From: Schizochytrium sp. TIO01
Lineage: Eukaryota > Protista > Bigyra: Labyrinthulomycetes
Reading direction: 5' to 3'
DNA length: 64,000 bases
Assembly (NCBI GenBank): GCA_004764695.1
Contig: SMSO01000037.1
Coordinates: forward strand, 2,456,747-2,520,746
Positions 21,713 to 34,589 of this stretch are shown one piece after another. The position numbers and the translations under genes are program-made. The notes under the pieces were generated by a model. That model saw only the letters and a list, made by a program, of their open reading frames with translations, was not told the origin of the DNA and made no database searches. The number at the start of each line of letters is the position of its first letter. Position 1 is the first letter of the stretch.

Positions 21713-22531
21713 TTACTTGGAGGCAGCGGCTGATCCCATGCGGTGCGCAACCTGGAGGGTTGAGTTGTGCTGGTCAACAACATCGAGAAGCTTGTCAATG
21801 TCGATGTACTGGGCGTAGTGATCAGCGACAGCAGCGGTACGCTCAGTATCCTCAGGGCGAAGCTTGTGGACCTTCTCACCAAGGTCCTCGAGGTCAGGGA
21901 TGCAACCTAGAACTTGTACGTCGCAGTATTCCTCGAGGGTACGCTGAGTGTAGTGCTTGATCTCCTCCATCTTGTCTGGGCGAACCTTGTTCATGATGAC
22001 ACCACGGACAGATGTGCCCTCCATGTTGCAGAAGCCATTGTTGAGGAAGAATTGGTCCAGGGTGTTACCAATGCCACCGTTGAGGACAAGGACGATGGGA
22101 ATGCCAAGGGCGCGGGCGACACGAGCGTTGCTCAGGCCGACAGCAGCGCCGACACCACAGTGGCCGGTTCCTTCAACGACGGTAAACTCGTGCGCATCGT
22201 GCACGCGATGAAAGGCTGCCTCAATGCGCTCCAGCTCGTGGGAGGCAGAGATACGGCCCTCGAGGGAGGCCTTAGTGTATCCACGCTTGATGAGCACAGG
22301 GCTCATGTCAGCGTAGTCAGCACCACAGCCGAAGAGCTCCTTGAAGATGGGAGCATCCTTATCCACAGCACGGGGGCCCTCAATTGATGGGACTTCGACG
22401 GACTTTTGGCCGACAGGCTTGATGTATCCCACACGGTTGAAGACAGACTGCAGCGAGCGGACGAGGCCAGAACTCGTGCAGGTCTTTCCCGTGTGCTGGG
22501 AGGAGGCGGCCACGAAGAGTGCACGTCTCAT
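21713..22531 (-). CDS. Stand-alone BioD-like / AAA_26 P-loop protein (homologous to the N-terminal domain of long phosphate acetyltransferases)
   Basis: FVAASSQHTGKT (P-loop), VGY+KPVGQ, VDKD, MSPV, VVEGTGH.GVG...G+SNA.VA..LG, GGIG..+D and GVI+NKV. No DRTGG or PTA catalytic domain follows. Confidence 0.88.
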   Translation of the reverse strand: MRRALFVAASSQHTGKTCTSSGLVRSLQSVFNRVGYIKPVGQKSVEVPSIEGPRAVDKDAPIFKELFGCGADYADMSPVLIKRGYTKASLEGRISASHELERIEAAFHRVHDAHEFTVVEGTGHCGVGAAVGLSNARVARALGIPIVLVLNGGIGNTLDQFFLNNGFCNMEGTSVRGVIMNKVRPDKMEEIKHYTQRTLEEYCDVQVLGCIPDLEDLGEKVHKLRPEDTERTAAVADHYAQYIDIDKLLDVVDQHNSTLQVAHRMGSAAASK

Positions 22532-23962
22532 CTTGGCAATGCCTTTAATCTGTTTCGACAGTTTGGCTCTTGCGGTTAGAACTACCTTGCGCGAACTGTC
22601 GCGCGAGGATGAAGACTGTAACTTGGGATGGTACTACGAAGGTGGGGTGTGTGAAGGAGTGTGTGTGCGCGTACAGGTTGGGGAACCCGCGCACCTCTCT
22701 TCTTCAAATTACCTCACGCGGGGAATGATGTTTGGGGTTTGTGGATTGCTGGTGACGAAAGCCTGCCCGCTGGCGATCGCACGCCTAGCGACTAAGCGCT
22801 AGCACCTTGCTGTGGCTTGAGGCAACAGTTTGCTAATCAAACAGGGCTTCGTTTAGGTACTAACCAGCTATCTAGTGCAAGATTCCAGATGGCCTTAGTT
22901 ATGCCTAAGCAGAGCCTGTGATTACTAAGCTACTGCTTGGCTTTTAAGGTCAGCGGCTATTGCTTTTGGGTTTCGGGTTTGCTTGAGCTTTGGGGTCTGC
23001 CTGCCCGCCGCGCCTTCTTTCCCTTATCCCTTCTCTTTCTCCCTTTTTCTCCCTTTAAACTTTTTTTTCCTCCTTTTTTCCCTCTCTTATTCCCTTTAAA
23101 ATCCTTTATCAGACAGTAAGTTTTCTCCTTCTTCACAATTGTTTAGTAGGGAACAATGTTTTTACTCTCTATATGCAGATGTATGTGAAAATTTAGGGTA
23201 AACATTTTTAATCTGAAAGTTTGAAATGAAAAAAAAAACATTGTAATTGAGAGCTCTTTCTTTTTTCTTGTTAATAATAAATAAATAAATAATAACCTGA
23301 CGTTTTTATTCGGAGATATATGGGCCGACCTACGTGGTTCGTTAGACCTTCTTTACCTTCAAGTTGTGTGCTGGCGCAAGCGACGGCGCAATCCTTTTTA
23401 TCTCTTTTCTGCTCTCTTCCATATACGCATTTCATAAAAAGTTTATCACATTTATATTTTTAAATAGACCTACGAGGAATATGGTGCACCCCAGTATTTC
23501 TTTGCTATCGCTATTGATATTCCCATTATAATCATGTTGTTTGTATAAATAATGTTGGAGTGCTGCCCTTTGCGCCGTAGGTGTTGAGTGAGGACTTTTT
23601 AGAAAACATTGAAAGAAAGGCACTTCTTTTTTAACATTGAAAAAAACAACATCAAAAAGAAAGTCACCTCTTTCACCAGTGTTTTCCCTAAAGCGTACCT
23701 ATATAACATTACGGAAAGTTCAAAACCTATAAAGTCCAAAATCTACCCTACCAACAACAAAAAAATTGCGGAGTGATAAATCACTTCTAAGCGGGTATCT
23801 AGTCACTACTCCTACGAAGATGGCGGAGTGCCTGGAGTGTCCAGGTGTCATATTTATCAGCTAGCTAGCCAGGTAAGTAGAGTATAGGAGGTACTTAGGC
23901 TGTCCACTTCAGGACCCGCCTCGATGATAAATAAGCAAATAAATGCATCAATAAAGCAATGC

Positions 23963-24001
<39 letters not shown>

Positions 24002-24002
24002 A
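23963..24002. repeat. (AGAA)10 microsatellite
   Basis: Read directly. An imperfect (ACAG)n follows at about 24079-24121. Confidence 0.95.
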
Positions 24003-24667
24003 TTCCTTCTTTCTCACATGCAAGCAAGAGCTAGGTTCAAGTTCTTCGACGCCCAAGCCTGCGCCACCAGCAACAGACATACAGAATAGACAGACAGATA
24101 GACAGACAGACAGAACAGACAACGCCGCTGCCGTCTCGCAGGACAGACGGCCGCTCTGGTCACGGAGTACGTGCTGACCTCTGATGATGCTGCTGCTGCC
24201 GGTGGATCGATGATGCTGGCGATGATGCGGCTGCGATCGAAGTCGAACTATTTGGATTCGAGTTCTTCAGGCTTCATCCTACAAAATAGAGATGATACTG
24301 TATAGGGTCAACTCATTTCAGTCTTTTCGCTTTCCTACTCGGCAACTCTCCCAGAACTCGCGTCTTCCTCTGTAATGGTGATTCTACCTTTTGCTGCTCT
24401 GAACGGAGGAAAAAGTCATTTCTTTCTCTTTCTTTCTCGTCTAAACAAATGTATGAGTACTCTAGCTAGTATGGACTTCGAGGAGCTTGTTGGCGTCGTC
24501 AACACAATGAAAGGAAAACCTTTCTCTTACCCTCCTTCTTCTTCAAAAAATAAAACAAAGACACCAATCCGGCTCTACACTACTGCTACGCTTTCCGATA
24601 ACACCCAGCTGAGGTTCCTCTTATAACACCCTGAGGTTAAAGGTAGCTTTCCTTTGAAAACCATTTT

Positions 24668-24734
24668 TCTTCTTCTTCTTCTTCTTCTTCTAATTCTTCT
24701 TCTTCTTCTTCTTCTAATTATTATTATTATTATT
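24668..24734. repeat. Compound (CTT)n/(ATT)n microsatellite
   Basis: Read directly. Confidence 0.9.
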
Positions 24735-27508
24735 TTAAAAGTAACACTCTTTTTTCTTGCTTCTTTTCGCCCTTCTCCTCCTTTCTATTATGCGTCGTTC
24801 TCTCCGCCGACCTGCGTATCATTTTTTCTGCCTCGTCGCGCGCGCCGTTCTGCTCCCTTTCTTCTCACTCTCTTTCCTTTAAAAGGAACCTCAAAAGATG
24901 ATGTCGGAGTTGAGTTTTCTCTTTCTTTTCCGTAGTTATTAATATGTATATATACACCTCTCTATCGTATTAAAACGATTTTACCATTGAAAGCTTCCAT
25001 TCCGGGTTCTTTCAACTCACCAGCCATTCAACGACGGTACGAGAGAACGGATGGGAATCAGGTAAAACATTTCTTCGTCGGATCTGCTAGAGTTTACCAT
25101 ATCCCGATACTAGATAAAAGCCGAAGAGAGAAACAAGCCAGAACCGGTCGGCGACGCGACTCGGGACGAGTCAGAGATAGACACAACAACAACATAGAGA
25201 AAGGCCAAATATTTTCAACTTTAAAAAGAAGTTCTGCTTCTTCTTCTGCCGCCTCCTCCCAAGCGACTCTCTCTTTTTCTCTCTTCCTTCCTTGCGATCG
25301 CTCCCTCGCTCGCTCGGCAGACCAGCGAGCGCTCTGGCGGGCCATGGGCCACTCGGCATGGGCAACGTAGGCACCGCTACGCAGGAGCGGCGACGCTCTA
25401 TGAGCGCAGATAGAGCCTAAAAAGCAGAAAAAGCACGAGGGACCATCTCTTTCCTCTTTCTCCATTTCCTTTTCTTATTCTTTTAAGAGGTGTTACTTAC
25501 TATGTAGCCTTTAGAAGTGTATTGTTTTTTAAATAATTTGAAGAATATTAAATTTATTAAAAAAAAAACACTAATTTTTGAAATCACTTTTTCTTTCTAT
25601 ATTCCACTTATACACCTGATGTTAAATCCATCAACTGAAACATTACCAGTGGTAGCAGTAGCTAGGAGGAACTCGCTGTGTATTCTTTTCAAAAGAACCG
25701 GCGAAGAAAGTGGGAAGAGAGAAAGAAGGCGCAAACGGCGGCGGGTACATTGTACGCGGCAGTTGCTTATTGAAACTGGCCCGGGGGCCGGTTTTTTAGT
25801 ATTCACTATAAAGTAGTAGGTACCTGGTGGTACTGTGTCTCTCTTGAAGAAAGTAAGTCTTTTCATTTCGAAATGAGGCCACTCAAACTATTAGGAGCAC
25901 ATCTGTTGTTGTTCGATAAACTTGTGTTTCGATAAATAGTGTATAATTGAATATTTCAAAGAGAGCTTGCAGAAGCTGGTTAGTTTTCGAGAAGCGTCTG
26001 CTAACTCAAACGAGGTATGTATGTTTATAAATATATTTGTGTATATATTATATGGTGGTCGATGAATGAACCCTCTCCTGCTCTGCTTCCTTGCTGTAGC
26101 TCTGAGTTTGCGGGGACAGCCTAACGAACGAATGGAGGCAAATTTTTACTTTAGCTTGGGCAAACTTCACGTTGAACATACGAGGAGGTGATGAATGAAC
26201 TAGAAAAATGAATGGGTTCTTTCACCTCATTCTACGAGTCTTTGTTCCTTCTTTCCCCACTTCCTTCCAGAGATGGTTCCGTTTTTCGCCCGCCTTTACA
26301 GTGAGTTATTCCAACTTATCTTCACTTGCACAAAATAGTCTATAGCCGCCGCAAGTGAGCTATTCCGTCGCTTACAGTAGAGTATCCTTTGGGCCACGGC
26401 TTGGCCTCGAACAGCGCAAAACTCGCCTGTCTTGCGCCGCCAGCCTCGCTCGTCTGCTGCATTCATTCGTTCCTGCTTTCTTTGCTGCGCCCGCAAACTT
26501 CAAGGACCCTCAGGCAGCGCCCAACCAACAGACAGACAGAGGCCTCCTTCTCCTGCCTTTGCTCTGACGGACAGACGAGAGCAAACAGACGGAAAGATCA
26601 CAGCCTTTCTATTCCTTTTCTGTGACTTCAGAGCCAAACAAACAACAGTCTGCTTTCCGCCTAATCGAAAGGCGAAGGAGCGCACCCTTAGTGTTTCGGC
26701 TACCTGCAAGCTTCTAGTGGCGCGAAGCTCATTGTGATTCCTAATCTCGTGGGAACGTACGGAACATACACGAAGCTGGCCTTTTGCGTCTTGCTTTTTG
26801 GACAATGTTAGTTGCAGGAGGATCTTTTCGAGTTGAATATTCTACTTGAAGCGCATGGACACAGAGCAGGACTGATATCGTGCAAATAGCGGCGATGGGT
26901 GGTGGTGAATAGTGATGAATTCAAGTCGGTGGTGAACGATAGTGAGCCGCAAAGGCCGGTTTTCTTCTTCTTCAGCGGCGCCCCGTACACTAACTACGAC
27001 GTCATCTGCCGAGGGAGGGACCAGACTTCCCACGGCACAAGTGATGATGCCATCTGTTAAGGTTCCACATAGACGAGGCTTAGCGGAACGAAAGGCACTT
27101 CGATTCTTTTATCTGTGCAAAAAGACATACCTACGTTTAAAAGAATAACAATGCACTCTGTGTTTTTGCTTTTTGCTTTTTCATTATCATTAAAAACATT
27201 TTTTTAAGTATATAGGATTTTAATTAAAAGATGTCTTTTCTTAAGATGCACATACGTTTATTTATTTTTAAAAGTAAAGGGAACTATTAGCAGGACATTG
27301 TTCATTTAATTATAGTTAAGTTGCGGTTATTAAACAAGAGCTGAAGGATGGGAAAAAGTGGTTTTCTTCTTGAGACCGTCTGCCTTCTACTTTGTCTACC
27401 TCCTCTGCTGTCTTTAAGCAGAAGGCTCGTGACGGAGGCATCAAGAGCTTCATTCATAATCAAAGACGCCCGCAGATTGCCTGCCTTCTTGTTGGTTCAA
27501 CTGGTTAG

Positions 27509-27570
27509 CTGACTGACTGATTGACTGACTGACTGACTGACTGACTGACTGACTGACTGACTGGCTGGCT
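27509..27570. repeat. (CTGA)n microsatellite grading into (CTGG)n
   Basis: Read directly. A (TCTG/TTTG)n array follows at about 27690-27755. Confidence 0.9.
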
Positions 27571-28292
27571 AAATTTAATTAATTGGCTGGCTCATCTCGT
27601 CCAATCGAAGGGTTCTTTCTCCAACCATTGTTTTGGGTCATTTTTCGTTCAACAACCCTTTTCTTTCTAACTTTTTTAAAATAGAATAATCTGTCTGTCT
27701 GTTTGTCTGTCTGTTTGTCTGTCTGTTTGTCTGTCTGTTTGTCTGTCTGTCTGTCAGTCAATTAGTCAGTCCGCATCTACGAGATGAGGCATTCATGTTC
27801 ATCATAAACCAATCCTTTCAGTCTTAAACGATCGATCGATGGTCCACTAAAGGAGCAAGCACTTCGATATTCCCATGGCTTAACTTCTATTAATTCCTCT
27901 AGCCGCCGCTATTACGATGAGTCGATCACCGCCGCGGTCGGTTAAAGGAAAAGAAGAAAGGTGAGCAAGCAAGTTCTAGCAACGCGAGTCTACGCATGGT
28001 CCACTTGCAAGTGCCGCTCAAAGTGCGTTATAGGGGTTTTAGTTCACTTTGGCGAAGGCGCTCAAGTTGGTTATTATGCAATTTTCCAGTATGCAACGGG
28101 CAGGTGCTCGGTAGGGCAGATCTTGTAAAGCACTGAGGAGGTGGCAGCCAACCACCCACTCAACCAGCAAAAGCCCAGCAGTCGTACGAAGGCGCTGCCA
28201 GTTCCGCCAGTTCTGCGGTCGGTCTCTGGGGCCGGCGGGAGGTCTTTGATCAGCATTGGATTGCCCAATCATTGGTCGCTTGAAGCATTCGG

Positions 28293-28360
<68 letters not shown>
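28293..28360. repeat. (ATCA)17 microsatellite
   Basis: Perfect array, read directly. Confidence 0.97.
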
Positions 28361-28362
<2 letters not shown>

Positions 28363-29850
28363 TTGTCAAAGTCGATCATGGAAAAGCCTCAAACACAAGA
28401 ACCCGAAGAACTGCAAGTCCTAAGGGTTGTGGTTAGAGATGCGCTAGAAAGCGGCATACGCTCGAAGCTGAGGAAAACACGAACTTGATCCTTTCTAAGC
28501 TTTTTTTATTTAGTTATTAAAATTTTATTCAAAAATAAACTGAAAGGCGAAAATGGAAATTTTAATGATGGTTTCTATCCCGCCTTGTCAAGATAACGCA
28601 TCTATTGTTACTCGCGCGCTCTCTCTCTTCTAACAATCTTTATGCTTCTTTACTTCTTTATATTCATGCTTCTTCTACTTCATGTTGATTTTTACTCTTT
28701 GCTTTCAAAAAATAAACTATTTTATTTTTAAATAAATAGAAAATAACTGGAGAAAATAGCTCACAGTTCTATAAGTTTGACAGGGTGTCGGTTGGCGCGA
28801 AGTGGGACGCGTCCGCGCGTTTCATTTTTTCTGTCATATTCTTCCTAGATAAACCATATGAAGACAAAGCTCTTTCTTTTTAAAATGATCCTAAGTTTTT
28901 AAAAATGAAGAAGCATGTTTTTTTTTTTGTTTTTTTGTTTTTGTTTTTTTTAATAAAGATAATAAAATATAAAATAAAATTCTTTATGTACCTATTTATT
29001 TGTATTGTAAACTTTAATATAAATTGTAAATTGAATCTATGCCTAATTTCTAATTAAGCAAGAGTGTACCACTTGGTCTATCTACACAAGCCAGTGCTCT
29101 CGCTGTGCACAAGTGCAGCTAAATGATTGAGAGTGACTGGTTGAAAATGGTTTCTTGCGTCTGTAAAGTGACAGAGCTGCTTTCGCCGTGTTTAATCCAC
29201 GGCTCCCTCACACTCCTTCTCAAACCCTCTCGCTCGAGCTAGCTCACGCCGAGCACGTGCGGCGCTCTTGTGAATGGGAATAATAATGAATGTGTGTGCA
29301 TTCATAATGTGCTAATCGATGGTTCTGCGGACCAAAAGGAGAAAGACAAAGATAAAAGCAGGCGGAGAGAATATCGCATAATGCCTAGCTACTACTACGT
29401 GCCTATTAGCTGCTATTGTGAATGGAAAGAAAGAAAAAGGGAAAAGAAAGGACCAGGAAGCAAAGCCTGGGCCATGGCCCGCCTCTGCCACTCCAGCAGT
29501 CTCACCGCCGCCGCCGCCGCATTCATTCATTCATTCATTCAGGGTCTCAGCGATTCCGAGCCACCCAAGCCGTGGGCCGCCGCCGCTGCTGCCTAGGTTT
29601 GACCACGCTGCCACGGCTCGTGAAGACAGACAGTTGCAGCTTGCTTGTCTACTTTCAAGCAGAGTATTCACCAAGCTGCGGAGAGCAGGTTGAAGGACGA
29701 TGATGCCGTGATTCTCCACGATTCTCGAACGAGCGTCATCATTGAAAGCTGCAAGTGAGTGGAATCTTCTTCTGCTACAGCCATGAGGGTGGGAAAATGA
29801 GGGTCCATCAATCATGATGATGCCATCACTTTCACGCTTCACTAGGAGCC

Positions 29851-29910
29851 AATGAATGAATTAATGAATCAATCAAGCAAGCAAGCAAGCAAGCAAGCAA
29901 TCAGTCAGCC
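29851..29910. repeat. Compound tetranucleotide microsatellite AATG/AATC/AAGC
   Basis: 15 in-phase 4-nt units, read directly. Confidence 0.9.
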
Positions 29911-32900
29911 TCGCTCTCTCAGTGCGTCGAATCACGAACGGTACGGCTTAGAGGGCCTAAACTTGATGACCACCGGCGCCATCCACGTCTACTACAACCA
30001 GCGCTGTTCCCAAGATCTGCAGCGTGAGGTCCACGTCGAAGAACTCGTACATCACCATCGTCACTCAAGTTAGAATTCCTTCTCTCTCCGTATAAGAAAG
30101 AAGAGGAGCCAAGACCTCCTGCTTACTCCTATTCGCGCGGGTTTTCAAAGCGCCTTTCTCTTCATTTCCCAGGCGAGATCGCAAGTGTTCAGCGCGGCTT
30201 TTTTTCCCACGCCTTTCCCTCTGTTTTCCCCGTGTTCCGCAGGTAGGCAGGTACCTAGTAGGATCACAGTACGTACTCGTAGTCCGCCGGTAATGGAACC
30301 AAAGGCGCAGAATCTATGACGAGGATTTCGAAAGAATTGAAAATGTAGTTGCAAGACAAGGAAACAGACGAAGAAAGACGCACCTAGTATCTGCAGTGGA
30401 GAAGAAGAAAGAGATTGCCTTCAGAGCGGCGGGACTTTGAAGACTCAACTCAGTCAGTCACTCTTCGAGGTGGCCAGTGAAAGCGGCCGCGGGCCGGCGG
30501 CAGAAGGCTCGTTGTCGCAGAGCTTTGAAAACTTGAGGGAGGCAGCCGCCACTTTAGCAGCAGGTGGTTGGGCAAAAGAGAGGACAGAGAATGAATGACT
30601 TTTCAATTATTTAAAAGTGGAGGATCTCGTTAGATTGGAGTGCCGGCGCAGAGGCGGCCCATTGGAGTGGGCGTCCCGGCGATGATGATGACGTCGCGCG
30701 CGGCTTTAAAGTTGGGAGTTCCTCGCAAGTGCTTCGCCCTCTTTCAAAGTTTCCTCGAAAGAAGCAAGAGCAGGCCGCTGTGCTCTTCATCGAGTCGGAG
30801 CCTCAGCCAATCATGAGGATTGGAGAATCTCTGCCTGCCGTGTCTGCGTGCTACGAGGTTCAGGGTGACTGGTTTGGCGTCTTGGAATGCTCAAACTCAA
30901 AAACAAGACCCCCCTGCGCAGAGTGAGTGGTCGTGGTTCTGCCAATGCGAAGACTTGCTATATTCAAGGAAAAAAGTGAAATCGAGTTGAACCATCCATC
31001 ACCATCGTCTGAAAAGGTGGTTAGGAAAGGCCAGTAAACTTATTTTTAATTCGTCCATCCATGACAGGAACCGAACGAGTGAATCCATAAATCAAGTTTA
31101 ATAACTGTTTGGTTGTGGCAATCAATCCTAGCCAGCGTCTAGTTCGTTTCACCGAGTTGCTGCATACATTTAACTGCAATATGCAACTTTGTCCTATTCT
31201 TCCCAACGAAGATGATTGACAAGATTCATCAAACCGATTTCGTACCAGTCACCGAAGGACTGAGCTCGTACATTCTACCCATAATCGCTTCAACGGCAGG
31301 CATGTTTTTGTTTGTTTTATTTGAGTAAAAATTGCAATATAAAATACGTGCTGAAGGCTGGTGATGACGCTGCTGTAAGGATGCCTACGAGGAGCAAAAC
31401 AAAACAATGGAGTGCTTGATGATTCTCCCTTGATTTCTTGTTGGCGTCCTTCCTTCGTGGAGAAAGTCGCCAAACTCCGGCGGCTGCGTACCGACACGTC
31501 CCACGAGCACCGAGCCAGAAACAGCTGCTGTCAAAGTCAAGTTGCCAGAAAAGAGGAGTGGCGGAGAATCGAATCAAGGATAACTCGAACTTCTGTCATC
31601 GCATACATAACCAACCTATGGACAGCGAGCCACGGTTGATTTCGTTCAATGACATAGAGAAATTCGTTTTTTACCCCTTCCTATTTCCATCTGTTTCTCA
31701 GGCTCCAAAAAAAAAACATCTTTCAATCTTTTTCATTTTATTTTAAATGGTTCATTTCCTCTTTTAATTTTAATTTTAAAACCAATGATACTTTTTAAAA
31801 TATTTTCTTTATGGATAAATAATATTTATTTTCAATTAAAGTAATATCTGCTTGTTGTTAGTATTAAACAAGTAAGTAAACGATAGATACGAAAACTTGG
31901 AAACTCCAGCGCTCTTGAGGAACTGCCGCGCCTTGGAGAACTGGACAGCCAGCTTTTAACAGCAGCCCTCCCTGCAGGAAGGCAAGCACGGCGTCCGCAA
32001 GGCGACTCTCTGCCTCCCTCCCGGCGCGTCGAGTGCTCCCTGACAACCTGCCGATCTGCTCTCCTTCAGAAACGATCCTCGCTTCGTCAGAGAAATCAAT
32101 CAAATCCAGATGGGCCATGGCCCATCTAAAAGGTGCCTTGCCTTCTGCTCTCTATTACGGGTCAAGTTCTTTTTCACGTGCCAACTTGATTCAATTTCTA
32201 CTTGCAAATAAACGTGGGATTCAATATTTCTATAATAGATCAACACTATACTCCACTACCCAACTGCTTGAGCGAAGACGGAGGAGAACTCTAAGAGTAG
32301 ATATAGGCCGGACCACGATAATGGCGGCAGGCGGTCTCTTCACGGCGGACAATCAAGGCCGTCTCTGTTCAACCTCAGAGCCGAGCGTTGGCAGCTCAGG
32401 AAGGCAAACCAGGCCAGCGAGTGCCTGCGTAGACACACTCGCGAGCTCTCGACGGGGCTGGTCTTGACGCTAGATCATCGTCAGCGAGTGTCGCGAGCTT
32501 TTGCTGGTTGCTTGCTCAAGACACTCTGCCTGGATTTTTGGGAGTGTCCTGGGAAGCTTTAAAATCCAAACCAAAAGTTGATTCACAGCCGGAAACTGCA
32601 ATTAGTTGAGGGTAGCTGGCAACGCTGAAAAGGGCGGTTGAAACCCGCAACGAGCATGGCAATGCGTGTACTTATGAACATACAACCCCGGTAGGTGGAA
32701 GAGAGACCCTCGTCCAAGCGGGCCGGAGAGATGGCGATGATTTGCCGGGCTCCTTGAAAACCTCGGCCAGAATCCTACGAAGGGCCTCACTTTCTCGAGT
32801 CAAAGGTACTTTATCGTCGCTCCTTTTGCTCAGGTACGAACCCAAGTCAAGATATAAAAAATGCAAAACCCTTCGAAACCGTGCGCTATAGTACGGGGTA

Positions 32901-33989
32901 CATGATGGTAGACCGAATCGCAGTATCTGCCGAAACGAGCTTGAAAACTGCGCGCGCCGCTCCTTCGTATCTAAGACCGCCTGCACGAGATACAAGTAGG
33001 CGAGCTCAGTTGGGCTGCTTGTCCAGTTTTACGAGTTCTTCTGCGCAGGTCACATCGATGCTTCCTTCCTCTGCTCTTGAAATAGCCTCCACGCATCATC
33101 ATGATGTCGATCCTCTTCCAAAGAGAGTACCCTGAAATGCAAAGTATTCCCTCCTTGCCATGTGCTACCTAGGCAGGTTCCTACTCACTTTTACATATAC
33201 ATACATACATACATAACTAATAGCGTGATCCTTTCGTTCTAGACCCCTTCTATCAGGTAGCCTAAAGGGTAGCAGTATCCGTTCTCTGGTTCTCTTCCTA
33301 CTCCGCGTCAACACGCCCTCGTAGCGAGCCTAGCTGCGCGCTAGGAGTGAGTGCGTGAGCGAGTGAGTGCTAGCTAGCTAGCTAGCTAGCTAGTAGTCCG
33401 TAGCAGGAACAAGGGCATCACCTGATGGGTGATGATGCGTTCATGGTATTCGCTCGCTCGCTCGAAAGCTCCAAGGCCGAGTAAGTTCTTTAGCGCGCAC
33501 CTGCTCTCCGTCCAATGCCCGAGTAGAGCGATCTTTTATCTGTGCGGCCTCCCCTCTGCCCCAGCGTAGCCTCGCGAGCGGGCTCTCACTCAGCGAGTAG
33601 CAGCTGCCTCGTCCATCCTTTGGTTTTGGCCTTGGCTTCGAAAGCGTCTCCAACAAAGAACTCCGTCTTGATAGTCGATTTGAACTTCCAAGGTAAATTA
33701 AACTGCTCACGATCTCTCTCCTCCTTTCCGCAATGTCTTTCATGCGCAGAAAGTAAGAACGAAGGAAGGAAGTTCACTGCTACAGCAGAAGAACTCCCTG
33801 CAAAATACGCGCTCTCGTGGCATTCATTATGCGTGGCGCCAGCCAGCGAGTCTCCCTGGCTGAGCCAAGACGAGCCTTTGGACACGGATCCAGCTTGCCG
33901 TGTGCTCCTACGAGCTAGCGAGCAGCCGTCCTCCTGGCGTCGTAGCGTATAGACTCCATTGGCCTCGGCGACGTCGAGAACGAGAATAC

Positions 33990-33996
33990 TTGTTGC

Positions 33997-34039
<43 letters not shown>
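33990..34039. repeat. (GTT)n microsatellite
   Basis: Read directly. Confidence 0.95.
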
Positions 34040-34040
<1 letters not shown>

Positions 34041-34554
34041 TAAGGCGTGCATGCACACATGCAATGAGATATGAGATGCAGCACGTACCTAGTCCTCCTA
34101 ATAGAAATTACTCCTAGCTTGGTACACCAGAAAGCAGAGAGAAACGAAGAGAACGCCACACGAGCAGTCGACGAGGGCGGTGACGACGCGGCGGCGTGAG
34201 AGCTTTTCCTCTCAGGCTGTGAGTAGAGCTCCTTATGATCATCATGTGTATGTATGCCTCTGGAGCGTCTGAAGAGTGCCAGGCAGACAGGCAGGCAAAG
34301 AGCTCGAGAGCTAGAGAATCTAGGGTGGGTCTCTCTCAACCTCCCATAGCCTATATAGCACTCGCCATCTAGTAGTTCGAGTGACCCACCGAAGTTCAAC
34401 TTAGTGTGGTTTTTTTCAAATCTTTCGTTGCAAATCGCAACTAGTTAGAGCGCCGCCATTGCCATTCTCGTTGGAGTTGTAGGTAAGAGGTCGCCCGGAG
34501 CGGCGTTGGGCTCAATATTCCGCGCCAACTCGCAGGAGGAGCTCGCTTCCCAAT

Positions 34555-34589
34555 GTGAGTGAGTGAGTGAGTGAGTGAGTGAGTGAGTG
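34555..34589. repeat. (GTGA)n microsatellite
   Basis: Read directly. Confidence 0.95.

Noticed and set aside
29961-30062. Short minus-strand ORF MVMYEFFDVDLTLQILGTALVVVDVDGAGGHQV with coding-like codons
   Set aside because: Only 33 aa with no recognised homology; cannot be supported without expression data.
32635-32660. CCCGCAACGAGC resembles a conserved bacterial 16S rRNA segment
   Set aside because: Only about 12 nt match and the flanks do not follow rRNA; consistent with chance.
23963-34589. Repeat arrays as CRISPR or telomeric repeats
   Set aside because: The units are 3-4 nt microsatellites without unique spacers; no TTAGGG/TTTAGGG arrays and no cas genes.
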